DNA of 35,069 nucleotides, from positions 1 to 35,069 of the forward strand of contig JAKSPP010000001.1 of assembly GCA_024404735.1 (NCBI GenBank), read 5' to 3'. The notes beneath the pieces were generated by a model that was not told the origin of the DNA, ran no database searches, and worked only from the letters and a program-made list of their open reading frames with translations. The DNA is from Oscillospiraceae bacterium (lineage in GTDB: Bacteria; Bacillota; Clostridia; Oscillospirales; Oscillospiraceae). The translations under genes and the position numbers were made by a program. Positions 7,928 to 15,731 of the stretch are shown piece by piece; positions within the stretch are counted from its first letter, which is position 1; each line of letters opens with the position of its first letter.

Positions 7928-9171
7928 GAGGCTTGAAGCATTATGTCATAATCGGAAACGGTATTGCCGCTGTAGGCTGTATCGAAGGCATTCGTAGTAA
8001 GGATGCCGTAAATCCCATTACAGTTGTATCCTCCGAGCCCTTCCCGGCCTACGGCCGTCCTCTTATATCCTACTATCTGGCAGGAAAAACAAATATCAAG
8101 AAGATGATTTACAGGCCCGAGGATTTTTATGAGAGCAACGGCGTTAAGGTTCTTTACGGCAAAAGCGCAAAGAGCTTTGACCCCGCAGCAAAAACCGTTC
8201 TCCTTTCGGACGGTGAAGAGCTTTCCTATTCCGAGCTCCTTATTGCAACAGGCTCCGTTCCCTTTGTTCCCAGATTTCAGGGCATTGAAACCGTAAAAAA
8301 CAAGTCCTGCTTTATGACAATTGAGGACAGCCTTTCTGTTGAAGAGAGCCTTTCTCCCGAGGCTAAGGTCCTTATAATAGGCGCCGGCTTTATCGGTCTA
8401 AAGTGTGCCGAAGGAATAAAGGGCAGGGCAAAGAGCATAATGGTTGCCGACCTTGCAGGACATATTCTTCCCAGCATCCTTGATGATGACAGTGCTCCCT
8501 ATATGGAGAAGATTCTCACTGATAACGAAATCGAGCTTCTTCTGGGCGATACCGCCCTCCGTTTTGACGGCAACAGAGCATATATGCAGAGCGGAAAGGT
8601 AATCGATTTTGATTATCTTGTTCTTGCAGTGGGTGTAAGACCCGCAGCAACACTGTTTTCCGAGGCAGGCGGTGCAATGGGTAAGGGAATAACCATTAAT
8701 GAAAAAGGGGAAACCTCCCTTCCCTCTGTCTATGCTGCCGGTGACTGTACCGAAAGTATGGATATTTCCTGCGGAGAAATCTCCGTAACCGCAAACCTCC
8801 CCTCCGCTTATATGCAGGGCCGCACCGCAGGTGTTAATATGGCAGGCGGAATAGAGTGCTATGACAAGGGAATAAAAATGAATTCCATTGGTTTCTTCGG
8901 CCTCCATGTTATTTCCGCAGGCACAAGGACCGATGAAACCCTTGTATATGAAGCAAAGAGCGATTCTTCCCTTAAGAAGCTCTATGCAAAGGACGGAGTA
9001 CTGACGGGCTATATGCTGGTCGGAGATGTTGAGAGAGCAGGTGTATATACTGCCCTTATCAGAAACAGAACGCCTCTTGATTCCTTTGATTTTGAAAAAA
9101 TGAAGCAAATTCCCTCCCTCGCTCCCTTTGGCAGTGAGGCAAGAAGAAATATGCTCGGAGGTGTGGTGTGA
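7924..9171 (+). CDS. FAD/NAD(P)-dependent pyridine nucleotide-disulfide-type oxidoreductase (probable electron-input subunit)
   Basis: 415 aa. It has an N-terminal VIIGNGIAAVG dinucleotide fold, a second Rossmann motif VLIIGAGFIGLKCAE, and AAGDC. The start could be GTG 7924 (overlap) or TTG 7933. Confidence 0.75.
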   Translation: MRGLKHYVIIGNGIAAVGCIEGIRSKDAVNPITVVSSEPFPAYGRPLISYYLAGKTNIKKMIYRPEDFYESNGVKVLYGKSAKSFDPAAKTVLLSDGEELSYSELLIATGSVPFVPRFQGIETVKNKSCFMTIEDSLSVEESLSPEAKVLIIGAGFIGLKCAEGIKGRAKSIMVADLAGHILPSILDDDSAPYMEKILTDNEIELLLGDTALRFDGNRAYMQSGKVIDFDYLVLAVGVRPAATLFSEAGGAMGKGITINEKGETSLPSVYAAGDCTESMDISCGEISVTANLPSAYMQGRTAGVNMAGGIECYDKGIKMNSIGFFGLHVISAGTRTDETLVYEAKSDSSLKKLYAKDGVLTGYMLVGDVERAGVYTALIRNRTPLDSFDFEKMKQIPSLAPFGSEARRNMLGGVV

Positions 9172-9893
9172 TGCTGCGTGATGCTAAGTGTATGGATTAT
9201 TCAAGGCTTAATGCCATTGTAAGAGAAGCCGGCGAAGACGTTGTGCTTAAAAATGTCTGCGGCCAGCGCTTCATAGGTGCAGGACTTTCGGGAAGAAAAA
9301 TCGAAATTGACGGGGTCCCCGGCAATGCACTTGGCGCTTATCTTAACGGTGCGGAGATAACCGTTAACGGCAATGCACAGGATGCCGTGGGCGATACAAT
9401 GAATGACGGCGAAATCGTAATAAACGGAAGCATCGGCGATGCCGCAGGCTACGCAATGAGAGGCGGCGCCATGTACGTCAGAGGCGGCGCAGGCTACAGG
9501 GCCGGCATTCATATGAAGGAGTATAAGGAGAAGGTTCCCGCTCTTATCATAGGTGGCTGTGCGGGCAGCTTTCTCGGCGAGTATCAGGCAGGCGGTATTA
9601 TTGCCGTACTCGGTCTTGATAAAAAGGATGACACTCCTCTTATCGGCAACTTCCCCTGCACGGGAATGCACGGCGGAAAGCTTTATTTAAGAGGAAGCAT
9701 CGAAGGACTGCATTTTCCCAATCAGGTTAATGTAAAGAAGGCAGATGCAGAGGATATGGAAAAGCTTCTCCCTTATCTTTCGCGCTTTGCCTCTGTTTTC
9801 GGCATTTCTCTTGATAGTCTTAAGAATGATGAATATACCGTTGTAACTCCCGATAACGCAAACCCCTATAAGCAGCTTTATGCCGCAAACTGA
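9168..9893 (+). CDS. Glutamate synthase GXGXG-repeat (GltB C-terminal) domain subunit
   Basis: 241 aa with repeated beta-helix motifs (GQRFIGAGL, EIDGVPGNALGAY, VNGNAQDAVGDTM, INGSIGDAAGYAMRGG, VRGGAGYRAG). The start overlaps the upstream stop. Confidence 0.8.
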   Translation: MMLRDAKCMDYSRLNAIVREAGEDVVLKNVCGQRFIGAGLSGRKIEIDGVPGNALGAYLNGAEITVNGNAQDAVGDTMNDGEIVINGSIGDAAGYAMRGGAMYVRGGAGYRAGIHMKEYKEKVPALIIGGCAGSFLGEYQAGGIIAVLGLDKKDDTPLIGNFPCTGMHGGKLYLRGSIEGLHFPNQVNVKKADAEDMEKLLPYLSRFASVFGISLDSLKNDEYTVVTPDNANPYKQLYAAN

Positions 9894-9914
9894 AACAGCT
9901 ATAAAATTATAAGA

Positions 9915-9955
9915 AAAATGACGGGTCTTATTCCGAATAAGGCCCGTCATTTATT
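9915..9955. terminator. Bidirectional intrinsic terminator between the convergent glutamate synthase operon and ridA
   Basis: GACGGGTCTTATT / AATAAGGCCCGTC forms a 13-bp stem with T-rich runs on both strands. Confidence 0.7.
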
Positions 9956-9971
9956 ATCTGAGTTATAATTA

Positions 9972-10349
9972 TTACTCGGCTGCTATTGCCTCAATCTCAA
10001 CAAGAGCACCCTTGGGAAGGGCTGCAACCTCAACTGCGGCTCTTGCGGGGCAGTCACCGCAGAAGTACTCTGCATAAACCTCGTTCATTGCGGCAAAATC
10101 GCCCATATTCTTAAGAAATACGGTTGTTTTGCATACGTTCTCAAGACCGAGGCCTGCCTCTTCAAGAACAGCCTTAACATTCATAATGGACTGCTTTGTC
10201 TGAGCTTTTATGTCCTCTCCTGCAAAGGCACCGGTTGCGGGGTCAATGGGAATCTGGCCGGAAACGAAAACAAAACCGTTTGCGGCTATGCCCTGTGAAT
10301 AGGGGCCGATTGCCCCGGGTGCTTTTTCTGTCGCAATAATCTTTTTCAT
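9972..10349 (-). CDS. ridA: RidA family reactive enamine/imine deaminase
   Basis: [58 protein letters not shown] matches the YjgF/RidA family. The track ORF starts at 10355. The GAGAGG RBS spacing favours the second ATG at 10349. Confidence 0.85.
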   Translation of the reverse strand: MKKIIATEKAPGAIGPYSQGIAANGFVFVSGQIPIDPATGAFAGEDIKAQTKQSIMNVKAVLEEAGLGLENVCKTTVFLKNMGDFAAMNEVYAEYFCGDCPARAAVEVAALPKGALVEIEAIAAE

Positions 10350-10390
10350 ATTCATAACCTCTCGTAATTACAAAATTGGATTATGGAAGA

Positions 10391-10419
10391 ATAATAAACC
10401 CAAAAGGAACAATAGTCAA
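10391..10419 (-). promoter_or_regulatory. SigA-type promoter of ridA
   Basis: Minus strand: TTGACT, a 17-nt spacer, then TATTAT. Confidence 0.5.
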
Positions 10420-10425
10420 TAATGT

Positions 10426-10467
10426 AAATGCACTCCGATTACGGCTTTCGCCCATCGGAGTGCATTT
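10426..10467 (-). terminator. Terminator hairpin at the end of the opp operon
   Basis: AAATGCACTCCGAT (10426-10439) pairs perfectly with ATCGGAGTGCATTT (10454-10467), giving a 14-bp stem. Flanks are A/T-rich. It sits directly after the small ORF stop at 10475. Confidence 0.6.
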
Positions 10468-10474
10468 ATATTTA

Positions 10475-10735
10475 TCATGTTAAAAGACATATTGCAGCGA
10501 TGACAAGACCGATGCCGACTATAAAAACAAGTCCTATAAGCATTGCCGCAGCCATTGCGCCCAGCATGGCTCCTCTCTGTCCCTCCGGGCTTATTTCAAA
10601 GCCCTTTCTATCCTCGCTTTTCCCCGGAAATATTTTCCTTCGGCCGGTTTCGGGAGAACGGGCTTCGGGTGAGGAGAACATACTCATATCCGCAATGCTG
10701 TGTCCGTCATCATCGTCGTATTTTTTTCGTGCCAT
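10475..10735 (-). CDS. Small (86 aa) C-terminally anchored membrane protein, hypothetical
   Basis: The internal ATG at 10735 lies 4 nt after the oppF stop: MARKKYDDDDGHSIADMSMF..GAMLGAMAAAMLIGLVFIVGIGLVIAAICLLT. It lies upstream of the operon terminator. The longer 141-aa track ORF overlaps oppF out of frame. The RBS is weak. Confidence 0.4.
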   Translation of the reverse strand: MARKKYDDDDGHSIADMSMFSSPEARSPETGRRKIFPGKSEDRKGFEISPEGQRGAMLGAMAAAMLIGLVFIVGIGLVIAAICLLT

Positions 10736-10739
10736 GGCT

Positions 10740-11756
10740 TTATTTATCGTAAAGATGGCATACAACGTAATGTCCGGGCTCAACCTCTCTCTGTACGGGA
10801 GCCTCCTGCTTGCAGCGCTCTGTGCATCTTGCACAGCGTGTGTGGAACTTGCAGCCCTTGGGGGGATTTGCGGGGGAGGGGATGGAGCCCTCAAGGACAA
10901 TTCTGTTCATCTTTGCAGTGGGGTCGGGTACGGGAATGGCGGAGAAAAGAGCCTCTGTGTAGGGGTGAAGAGGATTATTGAAGATATCCTCGGTTGCGCC
11001 GTACTCAACAAGATTTCCAAGATACATAACGCCGACGGTATCGGAGATATGCTCAACAACGGAAAGGTCGTGGGAGATGAAGAGGTAGGTGAGGCTGTGC
11101 TTCTCCTTAAGTTCGTTGAGGAGGTTAATAATCTGTGCCTGAATGGAAACATCCAGTGCGGAAACAGGCTCGTCACATACGATGAATTCGGGATTAAGGG
11201 CAAGGGCTCTTGCAATGCAGATTCTCTGTCTCTGTCCGCCGGAGAACTCGTGGGGATAACGGTTTTTGTGGAAGGACTGCAGTCCGCAGTTGTCCATAAC
11301 CTCGTCAATATAGTCATTGTACTCGTTTGCGGGTACGATGTTATGTTCTCTTACAGCCTCGCCGATGATTTCGCCGACATGAAGTCTGGGTGAAAGGGAG
11401 GAGAAGGGGTCCTGGAAAATAATCTGCATTTTGGGGCGCAGGGCTCTCATTTCCTTTGCAGAGAGGTCATAAACATCTTTTCCGTTAAAGAGAACCTGAC
11501 CGCTTGTTTTCTCGCCTGCAAGGCGGAGAATGGTTCTTCCTGTGGTGGTCTTGCCGCAGCCGGATTCACCAACAAGGCCCATTGTTGTTCCACGCTTCAG
11601 GTTGAAGGTAACTCCGTCAACGGCCTTGACATGTCCGACGGTCTTTCCGAAAAAGCCACCCTTAATGGGGAAATACTTCTTCAGGGAATTTACCTGAAGA
11701 ACATACTGAGGGTCATAGCTTACGGGAGTGAAATCGTCCTTGATTACTTCGCTCAT
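10740..11756 (-). CDS. oppF: Oligopeptide/dipeptide ABC transporter ATP-binding protein (OppF type)
   Basis: 338 aa with Walker [10 protein letters not shown], signature FSGGQRQR and Walker [13 protein letters not shown]. The C-terminal Cys-containing oligopeptide-transporter tail is present. Confidence 0.9.
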   Translation of the reverse strand: MSEVIKDDFTPVSYDPQYVLQVNSLKKYFPIKGGFFGKTVGHVKAVDGVTFNLKRGTTMGLVGESGCGKTTTGRTILRLAGEKTSGQVLFNGKDVYDLSAKEMRALRPKMQIIFQDPFSSLSPRLHVGEIIGEAVREHNIVPANEYNDYIDEVMDNCGLQSFHKNRYPHEFSGGQRQRICIARALALNPEFIVCDEPVSALDVSIQAQIINLLNELKEKHSLTYLFISHDLSVVEHISDTVGVMYLGNLVEYGATEDIFNNPLHPYTEALFSAIPVPDPTAKMNRIVLEGSIPSPANPPKGCKFHTRCARCTERCKQEAPVQREVEPGHYVVCHLYDK

Positions 11757-11758
11757 TT

Positions 11759-12910
11759 TTACTTGCCCTCCTTCTCATCATAGTAGCGGTAGCAGGAAAC
11801 ATAGTGGGTATCCGAAAGCTTTATCATGCCGGGGTACTCACCGCTGCACCGGGAAACGCACATTTCGCAGCGGTCCTTGAAATAGCAGTAGTCGGGCATG
11901 TTAACGGGATTGGGAACCTTTCCGGGAATGGAGTAAAGCTTTTCGGCTTTCTTTCCGACAACAGGCTTTGATGCCATAAGTCCTATTGTGTAGGGATGTG
12001 AGGGATGTGCGAAAATCTCAAGGGCGGTGCCCTTTTCGACAACTCTTCCCGCATACATTACAACGACATAATCTGCCATCTCGGCAATAACGCCGAGGTC
12101 ATGGGTAATGAACATAATGGAGGAGTTAATCTTATCCTTCAGATTTCTGAGAAGGTCGAGAATCTGTGCCTGAATTGTAACGTCAAGGGCTGTGGTGGGC
12201 TCGTCTGCAATAATGATTTTGGGGCTGCATGCAAGGGCCATTGCAATCATAACACGCTGGCGCATACCGCCGGAAAGCTCGTGGGGGTACATTTTGTACA
12301 CACCCTCGGAGTTTGCAATGCCGACCATTTCAAGAAGCTCTATTGTACGCTCCTTTATGCTTTCATCGCTCTTGCCCTCGTCATCGTGAAGGGCAATAAC
12401 CTCGTTAATCTGCTCGCCGATGCGGAAAACAGGATTAAGTGCGGTCATAGGCTCCTGGAAAATCATGGAGATGAAATTTCCGCGGAGCTTCTGCATAACC
12501 TTTTCGGGAGTCTTTGTTATATCGTAGGCCTTGCCGTTGCCCAGATTAAGGCGAATGGAGCCGGATACAATCTGACCCTGAGGACGCTGAAGAAGCTGCA
12601 TAAGAGAAAGGGAGGTAACCGATTTGCCGCAGCCGGACTCACCGACAACGCCTACGGTCTTTCCCAGAGGAACGTCAAAGGAAATTCCGTCAACGGAGTG
12701 AACGGTTCCCACATCCGTAAAGAAGTAAGTGTGAAGGTCCTCAAACTCAACTGCGTTACCGGGGTCCTTCATTGTGGTAAGGTATTCGGATTCGGGGACA
12801 TTTTTGCGCTTGCGCTTTTTCTCAAGCTCGTTTGTGGTTTTGCGGTTCTGTCTTGAGATTCTTCTTGTCTCCGCTGCGGAGAGATAACCGTCATTATTCT
12901 TTTTTGCCAT
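11759..12910 (-). CDS. oppD: Oligopeptide/dipeptide ABC transporter ATP-binding protein (OppD type) with a basic N-terminal extension
   Basis: 383 aa with [16 protein letters not shown] and [13 protein letters not shown] strong RBS (AAAGGAGAG) lies 8 nt before the ATG at 12910, which supports the long form. Confidence 0.85.
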   Translation of the reverse strand: MAKKNNDGYLSAAETRRISRQNRKTTNELEKKRKRKNVPESEYLTTMKDPGNAVEFEDLHTYFFTDVGTVHSVDGISFDVPLGKTVGVVGESGCGKSVTSLSLMQLLQRPQGQIVSGSIRLNLGNGKAYDITKTPEKVMQKLRGNFISMIFQEPMTALNPVFRIGEQINEVIALHDDEGKSDESIKERTIELLEMVGIANSEGVYKMYPHELSGGMRQRVMIAMALACSPKIIIADEPTTALDVTIQAQILDLLRNLKDKINSSIMFITHDLGVIAEMADYVVVMYAGRVVEKGTALEIFAHPSHPYTIGLMASKPVVGKKAEKLYSIPGKVPNPVNMPDYCYFKDRCEMCVSRCSGEYPGMIKLSDTHYVSCYRYYDEKEGK

Positions 12911-12929
12911 AATGCTTACTCTCCTTTCA

Positions 12930-14492
12930 TCAGCGCTTCATCTTGGGGTCGAAGGCATCGCGGAGACCGTCGCCGACAAGGTTGAAGGCGAGAACGGTTG
13001 CAAGAAGGAGAACGCCTGCGGGAATCCAGATGAACCAGTATGTTGTAAGAACAAAGGTGTTGTTAACGTCATTTATTATGTTACCCCAGGATGCGAAGGG
13101 GAACTTGATTCCGAGACCGAGGAAGCTGAGGGTTGCCTCGGTGATGATTGTTCCGCCGACACCCATGGTGAAGGAAACAATAAGCTGAGGAATAACATTG
13201 GGAACAAGATGCTTGAAAATTCGGGAGCTTACCTTAAGACCGGAGGACTCCGTTGCCGTCATAAACTCCTGCTCACGGAGGGAGAGAATCTGACCTCTGA
13301 CCATTCTCGCAATTCCAGGCCAGCCGAGGATTCCGAGGATGAGCATAAGGTAAATCATTCTGATTTTCGGGTCAACTCTCATTGCATCCATGGCAGCGCC
13401 GAGAATGATGATGATAGGTGTGGAGGGTATGCAGTAGAAAATATCGACTATTCTCATTACGAGGTTGTCAACCCATTTTCCGAAGTAGCCTGCAATACCG
13501 CCGAGGATAACACCGATAAGAGTTGCAATAACTTCGACGATAAATCCGATAAGAAGTGAAACTCTTCCGCCGTACATAAGACGGGTAAGCATATCCATTC
13601 CGTTTCGGTCGGTTCCCAGCCAGTGGGCCTTGCTGGGAGAAGCATAGGTATCGTAAATACGGGATTCTGTCTGCTGCTTTACTGACCAGTTCTTGGTTGC
13701 GGGGTTATAGGAAACGGTGTATTCATGCTGTACGCCGTCGGTATCCGTGAAGTAAAAATCATCGTTGCCCGCATCAAGGGACTCTGCCAGCTCCTCCTTG
13801 AAGGCACGGGTAATAAATACGTCGGCCATTACGCTGCTGACGACATAACGGCTTATATAAGCAATTTCGTTATCGCCCTCGAAAACAACTCCGCCGTCGG
13901 AAATTGTGTACTGCTTTCCGTCGGCCTCGAAGCTGTCCGCTCCTGTGGAGTGAGCCTTAAGTGCGTTGTACTTGAGGGAGAAGGGAATATCCGCACCCTC
14001 AATACTTGAGGAGACGATATCCTTGTATGCAATGCCTATCATTGTTCCGTCCTCAAGAGATACGGAATAAAAATCCTCGCCCTCTGTTGTAATGCTGTAG
14101 TCAACCTTCTTGAAGCTGAAGGTGTCCTTGCCCTTCTGAAGGGCCATTACAAGCTGAGCCTGAATGACGGTGTCGAAGCTCTGCCCGTCTGCTACTGCAT
14201 AACGGAGCTCCTCGTTCTTTACAACACCGGCATATTCCTTGTTAAGGTACTCGTAGCGGTAGAAAAGCTGATTCTCTTTATAGGGGGAGATAAGTCCTCC
14301 GATAAAGGAGAAGACGAACATAAAAACGAGAATTACAAGGCCGACAAGGGCTATTCTGTTTCTGAAGAAACGCTTGGCAACAAGTGCGCCGGGAGAAAGG
14401 GTCTTAACACGGCGGTCATCGTTAAGGGAAAGCTCCTCGTTTTCAGCCTCTGCAGAGGTGTTTTCTCTGATTTCATTTGAATTATTGCTCAT
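12930..14492 (-). CDS. oppC: Oligopeptide ABC transporter permease (OppC type) with a large extracytoplasmic insertion
   Basis: 520 aa. TM1 is followed by ~210 extra residues and then the canonical HWLGTDRNGMDMLTRL motif and a BPD-transporter core. Confidence 0.85.
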   Translation of the reverse strand: MSNNSNEIRENTSAEAENEELSLNDDRRVKTLSPGALVAKRFFRNRIALVGLVILVFMFVFSFIGGLISPYKENQLFYRYEYLNKEYAGVVKNEELRYAVADGQSFDTVIQAQLVMALQKGKDTFSFKKVDYSITTEGEDFYSVSLEDGTMIGIAYKDIVSSSIEGADIPFSLKYNALKAHSTGADSFEADGKQYTISDGGVVFEGDNEIAYISRYVVSSVMADVFITRAFKEELAESLDAGNDDFYFTDTDGVQHEYTVSYNPATKNWSVKQQTESRIYDTYASPSKAHWLGTDRNGMDMLTRLMYGGRVSLLIGFIVEVIATLIGVILGGIAGYFGKWVDNLVMRIVDIFYCIPSTPIIIILGAAMDAMRVDPKIRMIYLMLILGILGWPGIARMVRGQILSLREQEFMTATESSGLKVSSRIFKHLVPNVIPQLIVSFTMGVGGTIITEATLSFLGLGIKFPFASWGNIINDVNNTFVLTTYWFIWIPAGVLLLATVLAFNLVGDGLRDAFDPKMKR

Positions 14493-14510
14493 TGTTACGT
14501 CCCCCGTTCC

Positions 14511-15497
14511 TCAGGAAATACGTACGCGGGGGTCAACCACAGCGTACAGAATATCGGAAATAAGATTTCCGGCAAGAGTCAGAATGGACAGGAAGGTTAG
14601 ATAGAACATGGAGAAGGGAATATCTCCGCCGACCATTGCGTGATAGGAGGTAAAGCCTATTCCGGGGATGGAGAAGAGGGTCTCCGTGATAAGAGCTCCG
14701 GAGAAAAGTCCGGGAAGAGAACCGCCGATAATAGTAACAAGAGGAATAAGAGTGTTGCGGAATGCGTGATGATAAATGACCTTTCCCTCGGGCAGACCCT
14801 TTGCTCTTGCGGTGCGGATGTAATCGGAGTTCAGAACCTCCAGCATATTGGTTCTTGTGTAACGCATAAGAGAGCCGATGGAAAGAACAACAAGAACAAT
14901 AATGGGCATAACAAGATGGTTTGCCTTGTCAAGGAACTGTCCCCAGGGGGAGAGCTGGTCATGGATTCTTCCGACGAGGCCGAAAAGGTCAAACCAGCCA
15001 AGCTTAACCGCAAAAACAAGCTTCATAAGAGAGGCAAAGAAGAATGTAGGAAGGGATATACCGGCCAGTGCAACAACAGTAATGGTGTAGTCTGTTCTTG
15101 AGTACTGCTTTGTGGCGGCAAGAACTCCGAGAGGAATTGCGATTGCCAGCTCAAAGAACATGGAAACCGCGCCCATAACGAAGCTGAGCCATACGGTATC
15201 GTTAAACTTTTCAATAACGGGAACAGTGTAATACCAGCTGTCTCCAAACTCGCCTTGGAGCATCTGCCCCCACCACGAGATAAAGCCGGGAATAATTCCT
15301 TTGTCCATATTATACATAGCCTCAAGCTGGGTCATCCACTCCTCGAAGCTTTTGGAGCCGGGCTGCATGGATTTTTGCCTTGCTATGTTTTCGATGTAGG
15401 ATGTTGGCAGGCAGCGCATAACTGCATAAATTATGAGCGTCACAAAAAACAGGATGACGATACTCAAAAGTATGCGCTTAATGATGAATTTGGTCAC
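14511..15497 (-). CDS. oppB: Oligopeptide ABC transporter permease (OppB type)
   Basis: The start FIIKRILLSIVILFF is typical of OppB, and the EAA-loop region reads YIRTARAKGLPEGKVIYHHAFRN. The track start (TTG 15515) overlaps the GGAGGAG RBS (15507-15513). GTG at 15497, 9 nt downstream of the RBS, is the more likely start. Confidence 0.85.
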   Translation of the reverse strand: MTKFIIKRILLSIVILFFVTLIIYAVMRCLPTSYIENIARQKSMQPGSKSFEEWMTQLEAMYNMDKGIIPGFISWWGQMLQGEFGDSWYYTVPVIEKFNDTVWLSFVMGAVSMFFELAIAIPLGVLAATKQYSRTDYTITVVALAGISLPTFFFASLMKLVFAVKLGWFDLFGLVGRIHDQLSPWGQFLDKANHLVMPIIVLVVLSIGSLMRYTRTNMLEVLNSDYIRTARAKGLPEGKVIYHHAFRNTLIPLVTIIGGSLPGLFSGALITETLFSIPGIGFTSYHAMVGGDIPFSMFYLTFLSILTLAGNLISDILYAVVDPRVRIS

Positions 15498-15571
15498 GGA
15501 TACTGTCTCCTCCAATCCGATATTGTTGTAAATGCCTGGGGGAAAATTTTGTCGCCGCAGAAAATAAGCCT

Positions 15572-15688
15572 CTGCGCACGAAGCAGCGTCTTTGCCCTTC
15601 GTGGGAATTCCCTTGAACTTGCGGTAAAGGCGCTGCTTCGTATGCAGCGGTATTATCCCGCAGCCCCGGAGGGCTTTGGGATAATACC
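15572..15688 (-). promoter_or_regulatory. Two strong adjacent hairpins in the oppA-oppB intergenic region (probable mRNA processing/stability or partial-termination element)
   Basis: ACGAAGCAGCG (15578-15588) pairs with CGCTGCTTCGT (15631-15641), an 11-bp perfect stem that encloses a GGGAATTCCC palindrome. GGTATTATCCC (15649-15659) pairs with GGGATAATACC (15678-15688), another 11-bp perfect stem, which encloses a GCCC-CGGA-GGGC mini-hairpin. Neither has a U-tract. Confidence 0.5.
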
Positions 15689-15731
15689 GTTAAAAATTAC
15701 GGTAAACTGAATAATCTCTTAAACCGTGAGA

